Shown piece by piece: positions 27,905 to 36,376 of a DNA stretch of 64,000 nt (position 1 is its first letter; every line of letters starts with the position of its first letter). The DNA comes from Bacillales bacterium UBA5026 (lineage in GTDB: Bacteria; Bacillota_I; Bacilli_A; RF39; UBA660), in assembly GCA_002416285.1 (NCBI GenBank), contig DICM01000002.1:4288-68287 (forward strand), written 5' to 3'. Both the position numbers and the translations under genes were made by a program. The notes below the pieces were generated by a model, which was given only the letters and a program-made list of their open reading frames with translations, was not told the origin of the DNA and ran no database searches.

Positions 27905-30253
27905 ATGCTAGAAAGAAAAACGGATATTGTAACTGGTTTAACTATAGAAGAAGTAGAAAAAAGAATCAGTGAAGGAAAATGTAATTACGATACTACAATC
28001 CAGACAAAATCGGTAAAGCAAATCATTCGTGATAATACATTTACTCCATTTAACTGTTTAAATATTTTTCTAGCAATCCTAGTCTTATTTGTCCGTTCTT
28101 ATAAAAATTTACTTTTCATGGGTGTTGTGATTTCTAATAGTGTCATTAGCATTGTTCAAGAAATACGTTCCAAAAAGGTAATTGATAAATTATCGATTAT
28201 CGCGTCACAAAAAATTAGAGTTTTAAGGGATAAAGTAGAACAAAATATCGATTTAGAGGAAATTGTTTTAGATGATTTATTAATTTTAAAGACAGGGAAT
28301 CAAATTATTACTGATTCAATTGTAGTTGCTGGTGAAATTGAAGTAAATGAATCTTTACTTACGGGAGAAAGTGATTCCATTTGTAAGAAAGTAGGAGATT
28401 CTTTATTATCTGGAAGTTTTGTTGTAAGCGGAACTTGTAAAGCACAAGTAGTTCATGTTGGTACTGATAATTATGCTGCAAAAATATCAGCAGATGCGAA
28501 AAGTATCAAAGAATCAGAATCACAAATCATGACGACATTAAATAAAATTGTAAAAGCAATTTCTATTATTATTGTTCCTCTTGGTATTCTTTTCTTCTTT
28601 GGACAAATGTCATTAGAAGATGCTACTTTAGCTAGTTCTATTGTTCATACGGTAGCAGCTCTAATTGTAATGATACCAGAGGGTTTAGTATTACTTACTA
28701 GTATTGTTTTAGCTGTCAGTATCATTCGGTTAGCCAAACATCATGTCTTGGTACAAGATCTCTACTGTATTGAAACGTTAGCGCGTGTTGACACCATTTG
28801 TCTGGATAAAACAGGTACTTTAACAGAAGGAGAAATGGAGGTATCTGATATCGTTCCAACATCTAATTATGACTTATCAGAAATCCAAGATATATTAGGT
28901 ACTTATGCGAAAGCAAGCATCGATGAAAATGCGACTATAAAGGCAATCTTGAATAGTTATGGACAGCAATTAGATTATCGAGTAGTTAAAGTGTTCCCGT
29001 TTTCTTCGGAAAAGAAATATTCCGCAATCGAATTTGAAGAGGGTAGTTTTTTATTAGGTGCACCAGATTTTTTGGGAACCCTAACGGATCATCTAAAAGA
29101 ACAAATTACAATTTTCAGTAAAGAGCATAGAATTATTGCGTTATTTAAGACAGAAGAACATTTAGAAAAAAAAGTAATTCCGAACAATCTCGAAATTATT
29201 GCATTAGTTTTATTAAAGGATAAAATTAGACCACAAGCAAAAGGGACATTAAGTTATTTTAGAAGACAAGGTGTCGACATCAAGATTATTTCTGGAGATC
29301 ATGTCAGTACAGTCTCTAATATCGCTAAACAACTTAAGCTCGAAAATGCGGAGATGGCCATCGATATGTCAACAATTAAAACAAAAAAAGAATTAGAAGA
29401 AGCAGCTTTAAACTATATGATCTTTGGAAGAGTAACGCCGTTACAGAAAAAAGAAATTATTGTAGCGTTAAAAAAACATGGACACACAGTAGCGATGACG
29501 GGTGATGGAGTAAATGATGTTCTAGCGCTGAAAGAGGCCAATTGTAGTATTGCAATGTCAGCAGGAAGTGATGCTGCTCGTAATGTATCAGAATTAGTAT
29601 TATTAGAGAATAATTTTGATGCTCTTCCGGAGGTAGTAGCAGAGGGAAGAAGATCGATCAATAATATCGAGCGTTCATCTACTTTGTTTTTAACCAAGAC
29701 AATGTATGCGACATTACTAGCAATATTTTTCTTGTTTATTCGATTACCTTATCCATTTCAACCAATCCAGTTAACGTTAATTAGTACGGCAACGATTGGT
29801 ATCCCATCTTTTATTTTAGCTATGGAACCAAATCGTGAGAGGGTAAAAGGAGTATTTTTAAGAAATATTCTACATCGATCATTTCCAACAGCTTTCTTAG
29901 TGTTCTTTAACATTATTATACTAAGTTTATTATCTCATTTTGAGATATTTGCAGAGACTACTATTTCTACTTTAGCAGTATTTTTAACAGCATCAATTGC
30001 ATTTATGCTTTTGTTCCGTCTTTGCTTACCATTTAACTTAAGAAGACGAGTGCTTTTCTATGGAATGATTGTTTTCTTTTTAGCTCAATTTTTATTTATG
30101 CAAGATTTTTATTCAATTGGTGGATTTAATTTAAAGATGGAATTATTTGCTGGATTTATATTTTTTATAAATATATTTTTGTATCGATTGCTTATTCGTT
30201 TAATGGAATATGCACTTGAACATTCTAAATTATTAAAGAGATTTATACAATAA
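27905..30253 (+). CDS. cation-transporting P-type ATPase (P2/P3-like)
   Basis: TGESD, the phosphorylation site CLDKTGTLT, the hinge MTGDGVNDVLALKEANCSIAM, and about 10 TM segments. Start chosen at MLERKTD (27905). Confidence 0.9.
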   Translation: MLERKTDIVTGLTIEEVEKRISEGKCNYDTTIQTKSVKQIIRDNTFTPFNCLNIFLAILVLFVRSYKNLLFMGVVISNSVISIVQEIRSKKVIDKLSIIASQKIRVLRDKVEQNIDLEEIVLDDLLILKTGNQIITDSIVVAGEIEVNESLLTGESDSICKKVGDSLLSGSFVVSGTCKAQVVHVGTDNYAAKISADAKSIKESESQIMTTLNKIVKAISIIIVPLGILFFFGQMSLEDATLASSIVHTVAALIVMIPEGLVLLTSIVLAVSIIRLAKHHVLVQDLYCIETLARVDTICLDKTGTLTEGEMEVSDIVPTSNYDLSEIQDILGTYAKASIDENATIKAILNSYGQQLDYRVVKVFPFSSEKKYSAIEFEEGSFLLGAPDFLGTLTDHLKEQITIFSKEHRIIALFKTEEHLEKKVIPNNLEIIALVLLKDKIRPQAKGTLSYFRRQGVDIKIISGDHVSTVSNIAKQLKLENAEMAIDMSTIKTKKELEEAALNYMIFGRVTPLQKKEIIVALKKHGHTVAMTGDGVNDVLALKEANCSIAMSAGSDAARNVSELVLLENNFDALPEVVAEGRRSINNIERSSTLFLTKTMYATLLAIFFLFIRLPYPFQPIQLTLISTATIGIPSFILAMEPNRERVKGVFLRNILHRSFPTAFLVFFNIIILSLLSHFEIFAETTISTLAVFLTASIAFMLLFRLCLPFNLRRRVLFYGMIVFFLAQFLFMQDFYSIGGFNLKMELFAGFIFFINIFLYRLLIRLMEYALEHSKLLKRFIQ

Positions 30254-30275
30254 AAAGATGATTGCGGTCATCTCT

Positions 30276-30845
30276 TTATTTTTTTATTCTTTTTGTATAA
30301 GAATAATACTTTTCGTTAATTGCTTTTTGAGTTTGCTCAAATTCTTCCAATATCTTTTTATCTCGTGAATTAGATTGAAGCAAATTAGAAAGATGATCCA
30401 TATTGGAATGAATTGTCTCTGGGTATTTCTTCATTACGGAATCAATTTCTTTTTGATGAAAAGGAATTACCCATTCTTGATATTTATCATCAAATGATAC
30501 ATTTTCTCTTTTTAAAAATAATTGTATTATATAAGATAAATTATTACTAAAATCTTCTTGATTTCGATAATAATAATTCATATCAATAAGATTGCTAAAT
30601 TTTGCTTTCCAACTCTCATTTTCTTCTAAAATTTCTTTTATATATAACTGATAGTCAATTGGCAAAAAAGCAGTTGTTTCCCACGTTCCGCTGATGCAAT
30701 CTAAAATATTTCTTTTTTGTGATAAATGAACTAACAGTAGTTCACTAAATTCTTGAATAGATAAAGGTCTTCCAGAAAATTTTAGTGTAAGGGAAGCTTC
30801 TTTTATTTCACTTAATGTTTGTTTAAAATTTGGATTTGTAATCAT
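30276..30845 (-). CDS. hypothetical protein (189 aa), downstream of yvcK
   Basis: ORF with a GGAGGG RBS and no recognisable motif. It occupies the position where whiA usually follows yvcK. Confidence 0.5.
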   Translation of the reverse strand: MITNPNFKQTLSEIKEASLTLKFSGRPLSIQEFSELLLVHLSQKRNILDCISGTWETTAFLPIDYQLYIKEILEENESWKAKFSNLIDMNYYYRNQEDFSNNLSYIIQLFLKRENVSFDDKYQEWVIPFHQKEIDSVMKKYPETIHSNMDHLSNLLQSNSRDKKILEEFEQTQKAINEKYYSYTKRIKK

Positions 30846-30897
30846 ACGACCCTCCTATATCAAAATAATAGCATAAAAAAACTGTTTTTTAAACAGT

Positions 30898-31851
30898 TTA
30901 TGATATTATATAGGAAAAGATTTGAAGTCCTAGTTTGGTTACATTGTGACGTAAGATACCATCTTCAACAGTGACAAAGTCTTCCGAGATAACTTTCAGG
31001 GTCATACTATCTAACTCTTCTTTATCAAAAGGAACTGGATCTTTTTGTTCCATCGCTAAATATTTTTCTTTTATCTCATCTGATATAATACCGTTATTAG
31101 CTAGAACTACATTGATCTTTTTTTCACCGAGATAGCTATTTAATGTTTTCACATGGTCACTCACAGTGTAGTCATCTGTTTCACCCGGTTGGGTCATAAT
31201 GTTAGAAATATACATCACTTCAGCACTACTTATATCGATTGCTTTTTTCATATCTTCACTAATCAAATGAGGAATGATGCTAGTATAAAGACTTCCCATA
31301 CTGAGAACAATTAAATCAGCAGATTTGATCTCATCTAATACTTCATTTAATACTTTTGGGTCTTTTTTATAAAATACTTCTTTGATATTTTTCTTTGCTC
31401 CCGTAATATTATGTTCTCCTTCAATGATAGAATTATCATCCATTTTAGCCATTAAAATAACATTATCCTCTGTAAGTGGTAGCACTTTTCCTTTTAAATT
31501 TAATACTTTACTTAAAGATTTTATTCCAACAGACATATTTCCGGCAACATCAATTAGTCCTGTCAGTAGTAAGTTTCCTAATGTATGCCCATTTAAGTCG
31601 CTATTTGTTTCAAAACGATAATTCATTAGATCTTGAAAAAGTGGTTCTGTTTCTGATAATGCTACAATAACTCTCCTAATATCTCCAACTGCTGGGGTAT
31701 TAAATTCCTCACGTAAACGACCGGTACTTTTTCCGTCATCACTAACAGAAACAACGGCTGTAATATCGACGGGGAAGTTTTTTAAACCTCTAAGTAAGGT
31801 GGACATACCTGTTCCTCCACCAAGAACAACAATCTTTTTATTCATACTCAT
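30898..31851 (-). CDS. yvcK: YvcK/CofD-like gluconeogenesis factor (UDP-sugar binding morphogenesis protein)
   Basis: KIVVLGGGTGMSTLLRGLK...VSVSDDGKSTGRLR...GDIRR...GHTLGNLLL...SMGSLYTSIIP. Confidence 0.9.
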   Translation of the reverse strand: MSMNKKIVVLGGGTGMSTLLRGLKNFPVDITAVVSVSDDGKSTGRLREEFNTPAVGDIRRVIVALSETEPLFQDLMNYRFETNSDLNGHTLGNLLLTGLIDVAGNMSVGIKSLSKVLNLKGKVLPLTEDNVILMAKMDDNSIIEGEHNITGAKKNIKEVFYKKDPKVLNEVLDEIKSADLIVLSMGSLYTSIIPHLISEDMKKAIDISSAEVMYISNIMTQPGETDDYTVSDHVKTLNSYLGEKKINVVLANNGIISDEIKEKYLAMEQKDPVPFDKEELDSMTLKVISEDFVTVEDGILRHNVTKLGLQIFSYIIS

Positions 31852-32003
31852 TCTCCCAATATATCTTATTTAAAAAATCTAAAATGTTTCTCAACTATTA
31901 TAGCACAACTTAAATAAAATAATTTATATGAAAACATAATCGAAGTGATATTGACATTACTTCATGTATAATGTAGTACATAACATAAAAAAGGAGTGAT
32001 TGC

Positions 32004-32618
32004 GTGGGAAAAAACATGATAGCAATTTTTAGGGATTTTTTAGCAAGCAATTTAAACGAAATTGAGTATTTCTATAGTGGAGATACAGATAGAAATAATA
32101 TAATCTCTTTAAAGGAATATTTACAATTATTTGAAGAACGAAAACTAGAGTATCTTAAACAAGTTGATAAATTACTATTGGAAATTATGAAATACAATAA
32201 ATGGGTGATGAATGTAGTACCCATTAAGAATGAAAGTAAATTAATCATTGAAGGATTGAATCCCGAGTTTATTTTACTCAATTTGACATCCTTTGGATTT
32301 GTAAGTTCAAATGATGTGAAAGGCAAAGCTTTGATTGATAGTTCACAGGATGAATTGTTACAAATATTTCAATTAGGGAAACAAGTTTTAAATGATTACA
32401 TGGATACAACTTCAATCAGTCGAATGTTTGAAGTTGAGAGTTCTTATTATCATTCAGGATTAACTTTTAATGGTCATCGACTTTTTGAAATTAGTTGTGG
32501 AGAATTATCTCCTTATACTGGAAAGTATTTTCTAGAAGCTTGTGAAGGCTTAGAAAAGAGAAACGTTGAATACTACAAACATAGACTAATAGATAAAGTT
32601 TATATAAAAAGAAAATGA
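32004..32618 (+). CDS. hypothetical protein (204 aa)
   Basis: ORF whose GTG start lies 7 nt after AAAGGAG. A terminator follows. No motif recognised. Confidence 0.5.
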   Translation: MGKNMIAIFRDFLASNLNEIEYFYSGDTDRNNIISLKEYLQLFEERKLEYLKQVDKLLLEIMKYNKWVMNVVPIKNESKLIIEGLNPEFILLNLTSFGFVSSNDVKGKALIDSSQDELLQIFQLGKQVLNDYMDTTSISRMFEVESSYYHSGLTFNGHRLFEISCGELSPYTGKYFLEACEGLEKRNVEYYKHRLIDKVYIKRK

Positions 32619-32663
32619 TCTTTAGAATTAAAAATTTAAAATAATATTCTAAAGGATCTTTTA
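32617..32663 (+). terminator. terminator after 32004-32618
   Basis: GATCTTTAGAAT (32617-28) pairs with ATTCTAAAG(G)ATC (32646-58) with one bulge, followed by TTTT. Confidence 0.6.
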
Positions 32664-32690
32664 CTTTGGTAAAACTGTGATGATAGAAAT

Positions 32691-32724
32691 AAAAATACTA
32701 GAAAGTTAAGCTTCTAGTATTTTT
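32691..32724. terminator. bidirectional hairpin terminator
   Basis: AAAATACTAGAA (32692-703) pairs with TTCTAGTATTTT (32712-723) around an 8-nt loop. Confidence 0.65.
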
Positions 32725-33005
32725 ATATTATAATCTAAATGTCACAGTTATTATCTAATCACTAATTTCTTTATTAATTAAATAATTTGCAATTACAAAC
32801 GCTTTTATTCTGTTTTTTGCTAAAGTTATTTGTGATTTATATCTATCTTTATTTTCTTTTGATTCAAATGTTTTTACAGTTTCTCTTAATTTATGTAAAG
32901 TTGATTCAATTTGTTGTTTCGCTTCTATTAAATCAGTTTGTGAAAATTCCCTTTTAATCCCTCCAAATCACTAGTTATATTATATATTAATAAAATTCTA
33001 ATTTG

Positions 33006-33320
33006 TTATTTTCTCTTTTTGGGTTCCGGTAATCTTTCATACGTTGCTTTTACTATCTTAGATAAGTATTCTCTATCATCTATGTCGGTTATTAAAAAAC
33101 TTGGTTTAGCACCAGCGTACATGGGTTGTTCAATAATTTCTTTAAGCAATTCTTTTACTTCCTTAACTGGTTTTAAAAACATTTGATTATCACAAATTCC
33201 AACACAGTATTTTCCATTAACATAAACTAAATATTCTCCCATCATAGGTCGATATGTTATTTCTCCTAAATCAGATAATTGGGAACAAATATATTCTACA
33301 AACTCTCTTTTACTTGCCAT
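33006..33320 (-). CDS. TfoX/Sxy N-terminal-domain protein
   Basis: REFVEYICSQLSDLGEITYRPMMGEYLVYVNGKYCVGICDNQMFLK is the typical TfoX_N pattern. 104 aa, GGAGG RBS. Confidence 0.75.
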   Translation of the reverse strand: MASKREFVEYICSQLSDLGEITYRPMMGEYLVYVNGKYCVGICDNQMFLKPVKEVKELLKEIIEQPMYAGAKPSFLITDIDDREYLSKIVKATYERLPEPKKRK

Positions 33321-33435
33321 CGAATTCCTCCTACCATACTATCTATTTCATTCATTATATCATATTTTTTAAAGTGCCATATCAAAATCATTTTCTTTGA
33401 ACTTCTACCAAAATTTATAACTGCAGTTTAAAATA

Positions 33436-33464
33436 ATAAAAAAAACTAGATGATACTTCTAGTT
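33436..33464 (-). terminator. terminator (minus strand) below the 258-aa gene
   Basis: AACTAGA (33444-50) pairs with TCTAGTT (33458-64) around a 7-nt loop. A T8 run follows on the minus strand. Confidence 0.6.
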
Positions 33465-33515
33465 AATATTTATTACGCTCAGTAAAATCTTCAAGTAATA
33501 ATAAATGTGATATCT

Positions 33516-33588
33516 TTATTGAAGAAATAAGACGCTTTTTAAAAGCAGGATTAATTGTAAGTAATAATTATTAATTGAATTTATTATA
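33516..33588 (+). repeat. copy A of a 73-nt decayed gene-end (...IEEIRRFLKAGLIVSNNY*)
   Basis: Ungapped hand alignment with 34637-34709 gives about 53/73 identical positions. Both copies end with AGTAATAATTAYTAA in the same frame. Confidence 0.7.
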
Positions 33589-33696
33589 TGGTAAATTTCG
33601 TAAGAATAGAAACTTTTATTTATAATCTTATTACTGTTTAAAAATAACTGTTTATAGTCATTAAAACTACACTAATTAGATAAAATAAAATGTTTT

Positions 33697-34473
33697 TTAT
33701 CTCAAACTATATCCCTTTGATTCACAGTATTCATAATAGTTTTTTGCAATTCTTTTTATTCTCTTTTTTTGCTGCTCAAATGGAGGTAATTCGTAACCAT
33801 AATCAATATCAATTATAGGTATGTTTAATCCATGTTTTTCTAATACTTTTTGGACTCTATATAACGGTTCTATTTTTTTATCTATAATTTCATCTATGGA
33901 GTATTGATAAAAATCTTCTCTAATCGCACAGCCTTCCATATAGTGTCTAACAAATTGTCTGCCTTTAACATTTCTATTTAGCTCACATAATACTTTGCTG
34001 AAATTATTTAATTGTTGTTTAGAGTAGTTCCTATGTGAGGTGATACATGCTATTGCTTTTATGTATTCAACAGGAATATCTCCTATAACTTGCATTTCAT
34101 AATTCATTTTTATACTGTTTTGTTTTAATTTGTAATGTTCTAATAATCTTTTATCTAGCAACAATGCTTTAGAAGAAGCTCTTACATATTCTTTGTAAGC
34201 ATTGTCAAAGTCCACGTCATGAGCCGATAATAATTGATATTGATCTATGGTTTCTTTATCATCTGGGTGGCAACTTATCGATACTGCATCTATGCCGTTC
34301 CAATTAGCACCATGATCCTCAAGAAACCTTTTATATTCCACCTCATCTAGGTATGATTTTAGAGAGTTTCTCGTCAAAATATAACCACTGCTAATAATAC
34401 TATCAATTGTTCCATTTACATCATCTACATAATTTATTCCATGATACAAATAATCTGTTAAGTTTAATTTCAT
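33697..34473 (-). CDS. hypothetical 258-aa protein, N-terminal half with an ADP-ribosyltransferase/Tpt1-like motif pattern (inference)
   Basis: The start at 34473 (GGTGGTG RBS) lies just below a consensus promoter. Motifs are YLYHG(8-12)...SIISSGYILTRNSL, AVSISCH, and ALLLDKRLL...NYEMQVIGDIPVEYIKAI. Confidence 0.55.
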   Translation of the reverse strand: MKLNLTDYLYHGINYVDDVNGTIDSIISSGYILTRNSLKSYLDEVEYKRFLEDHGANWNGIDAVSISCHPDDKETIDQYQLLSAHDVDFDNAYKEYVRASSKALLLDKRLLEHYKLKQNSIKMNYEMQVIGDIPVEYIKAIACITSHRNYSKQQLNNFSKVLCELNRNVKGRQFVRHYMEGCAIREDFYQYSIDEIIDKKIEPLYRVQKVLEKHGLNIPIIDIDYGYELPPFEQQKKRIKRIAKNYYEYCESKGYSLR

Positions 34474-34504
34474 ATAGTCACCACCACAATCAAAATTAGC
34501 GTTT

Positions 34505-34533
34505 ATTATATTGTTTTTATAATCACTTGTCAA
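34505..34533 (-). promoter_or_regulatory. perfect consensus sigma-A promoter (TTGACA-17-TATAAT) for the 258-aa gene
   Basis: On the minus strand, TTGACA is at 34533-34528 and TATAAT at 34510-34505, with a 17-nt spacer. Confidence 0.65.
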
Positions 34534-34558
34534 TAAATATTTTATTGAAGAAAATCTC

Positions 34559-34635
34559 TAACAAAAAACTAACCATTTCTAGTTAGTAGTCTATTGCAAT
34601 CCTCTAAAAGTTAGAGTAACAATCAATCTGGTGCC
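34559..34635. repeat. direct repeat copy 1 (77 nt): tRNA-Thr 3' terminal 7 nt plus its downstream flank/terminator
   Basis: Matches 36667-36744 with 2 substitutions and one A6/A7 length difference. It ends in TGGTGCC, the complement of GGCACCA. Confidence 0.9.
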
Positions 34636-34636
34636 C

Positions 34637-34709
34637 TTATGGAAGAAGTAGAACAACTTTTATGGACAAACTTAATAGCAAGTAATAATTACTAACTAAA
34701 TTGATTATA
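34637..34709 (+). repeat. copy B of the 73-nt decayed gene-end (...MEEVEQLLWTNLIASNNY*)
   Basis: See 33516-33588. It starts 1 nt after the tRNA-end fragment of repeat copy 1. Confidence 0.7.
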
Positions 34710-34720
34710 ACACATTTTAA

Positions 34721-34755
34721 TAAAAAATTAGACACTATTTTTGAATAGTATCTAA
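34721..34755 (-). terminator. terminator of the metzincin operon
   Basis: TTAGACACTATT pairs with AATAGTATCTAA (one mismatch) around a 4-nt loop. A T6 run follows on the minus strand. Confidence 0.65.
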
Positions 34756-34777
34756 CAATTTTAAATTTTTCTTTTTT

Positions 34778-35365
34778 CTAATTTTTGCTGTAATTAGATT
34801 TGTATCGTGTTCGTTCATATTTTATTTCCTCAGAAATGTAGTCTTCATACTTGCTTATTAAGTCATTGGAATCAGTTGACTTTTTTGAAATTGATTGTGA
34901 ATTATTATACTCAACATTTCCATTCAATTCTGCTAATAGTAATCCTCCGTCTTCTTGACCATATGCCATAAAAATATATTGTTTTCCTACTTCTGGTAAA
35001 AAATCAACTATCGTATCTCCATCAATTAATACTAAATTGCCACTCGAGTCATACCCTCCATATTTTTTTACCTCAACAGTATTATTTAATGTTAAATTTC
35101 CTTTTAAATTTTGCAAAACTTCAATTTTATATTTACTAAATGGCATATAGTTAGAATTAGAATCAAAATTTCCAATATATTCAGTTATAGTGCCTACAAA
35201 AACATAGTCTACTAATCCTACATATGCTTTCATATTTTTTGGATTAACTGCCAAATCGAGGTGAACATAATTAACTTTTTTTTTGGTTGAATTATTAATA
35301 TTATTGTTAACTATGGTTCCTAAAGCTATAACACTCACTAATAATAAACTAATAATCTTTTTCAT
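34778..35365 (-). CDS. secreted protein (195 aa) translationally coupled to the metzincin; OB/NTR-like periodicity (weak)
   Basis: Signal peptide MKKIISLLLVSVIALGTIV. The AAGGAGG RBS overlaps the metzincin stop codon. No catalytic motif. Confidence 0.6.
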   Translation of the reverse strand: MKKIISLLLVSVIALGTIVNNNINNSTKKKVNYVHLDLAVNPKNMKAYVGLVDYVFVGTITEYIGNFDSNSNYMPFSKYKIEVLQNLKGNLTLNNTVEVKKYGGYDSSGNLVLIDGDTIVDFLPEVGKQYIFMAYGQEDGGLLLAELNGNVEYNNSQSISKKSTDSNDLISKYEDYISEEIKYERTRYKSNYSKN

Positions 35366-35376
35366 TTATTTCCTCC

Positions 35377-35874
35377 TTAACCCCATATACAAAGATAAAC
35401 ATTTTTATCTGGATCCGTAATATTTTTTGCTTCAAATTTTCCCTGAGACATTACTGGTGGAATTACATAAGGAGATGGTCCAAAATGATCTAAACCTAAT
35501 GCATGTCCCAGTTCATGCATTACAGTTTTAAATCTTTCATAATATGTCATACTATCAAAATGATATGTATTAAATTGCATAACACCAGAATAACTTGTAT
35601 ATCCTAAAGTACCACTAACTTCATAGTAATCACTCACTGTTAAATCGTTTTGTGTAAGCCAAGTATCTTTCTCTATTTTGACTTTTCCATATTTAGTCCA
35701 TTGATATTGAGCTGATTCAATCATTTTGTACTTACTATTGTCTATATAATGAATTTTTTTATCACTGCCTACTAAATTCCAATTTAATTGATATGAACAA
35801 GCAGCCTTTGCACTGGGAAATCCAATCATTAAACATCCAAAAATTAATATAGAATAAATTAAAAGTTTCCTCAT
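35377..35874 (-). CDS. small secreted zinc metalloprotease, metzincin type (matrixin/snapalysin-like)
   Basis: Signal peptide MRKLLIYSILIFGCLMIGFPSAKA. The zinc site is HELGHALGLDH (HExxHxxGxxH), followed by a PVMSQ Met-turn candidate. GGAAGGA RBS before the ATG at 35874. Confidence 0.8.
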   Translation of the reverse strand: MRKLLIYSILIFGCLMIGFPSAKAACSYQLNWNLVGSDKKIHYIDNSKYKMIESAQYQWTKYGKVKIEKDTWLTQNDLTVSDYYEVSGTLGYTSYSGVMQFNTYHFDSMTYYERFKTVMHELGHALGLDHFGPSPYVIPPVMSQGKFEAKNITDPDKNVYLCIWG

Positions 35875-35912
35875 ATTTCCATCCTTCCTATTTATACCTT
35901 TCATTTTAAAAT

Positions 35913-35963
35913 CTAAAACTAAAAAAGCAGTATTATTTTGCCATAGGCACATAAATACTGCTT
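35913..35963 (-). promoter_or_regulatory. intrinsic-terminator-like hairpin inside the 5' leader of the metzincin operon (possible attenuator)
   Basis: On the minus strand, AAGCAGTAT (35963-55) pairs with ATACTGCTT (35933-25) around a 21-nt loop, then TTTTAGTTTT. It lies 40-90 nt upstream of the start codon, between divergent genes. Confidence 0.5.
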
Positions 35964-36052
35964 GATACATATAGTATACAGTATATTTTTAATATTGAGA
36001 ATAGTCTTTTTTGTTTATTTATGATAAAATAAAAATATTAGAGGATGATTAT

Positions 36053-36373
36053 ATGAAAAAAATTTTAATTTATGTATTACTTTTTACTTGCTTAATATCT
36101 GTTGTAGGATGCACAAAAAATACTAAAGAAGAAGAAGCTATGATAATGGTTAATGGGAAACTTTACACTAAATCACAAAATGTAATAGATTTAGATACAA
36201 ATAGCTTAATAGAAATCGGTAAGATTGCTAATATAGTTAACTCAACCGAATTACCCCAGAAAAACAATCAAGCCAATCGGAAAGATTTTTTAAATGCAAC
36301 AATATTTGAAAATACAGCTGATTCTGTCATTTTAGAATATAATGGATACACCCTATTTACATTAGTAAATTAA
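36053..36373 (+). CDS. small lipoprotein (106 aa)
   Basis: MKKILIYVLLFTCLISVVGC carries a lipobox (VVGC). A TGATAAAAT -10 and a GAGGATG RBS lie upstream, and a strong terminator follows. Confidence 0.65.
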   Translation: MKKILIYVLLFTCLISVVGCTKNTKEEEAMIMVNGKLYTKSQNVIDLDTNSLIEIGKIANIVNSTELPQKNNQANRKDFLNATIFENTADSVILEYNGYTLFTLVN

Positions 36374-36376
36374 CGA

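Noticed and set aside
31940-31975. TTGACA ... TATAAT pair upstream of 32004.
   Set aside because: The spacer is only about 10 nt, so the two hexamers cannot act together. At most the TGTATAAT extended -10 is functional.
32755-32967. Minus-strand open frame (...REFSQTDLIEAKQQIESTLHKLRETVKTFESKENKDRYKSQITLAKNRIKAFVIANYLINKEISD*) just downstream of the TfoX gene, followed by a good terminator.
   Set aside because: There is no ATG, GTG or TTG in the frame. The only candidate, ATT at 32958, sits directly against the GGAGGG. It may be a gene remnant or use a non-canonical start, but I cannot support it as a CDS.
33436-33520. A third, degenerate copy of the 77-nt tRNA-flank repeat (both begin AAAAAACTA...TTCTAGTTA).
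   Set aside because: Outside the short terminator-like motif, a position-by-position comparison gave only about 13/50 matches, which is the background level.
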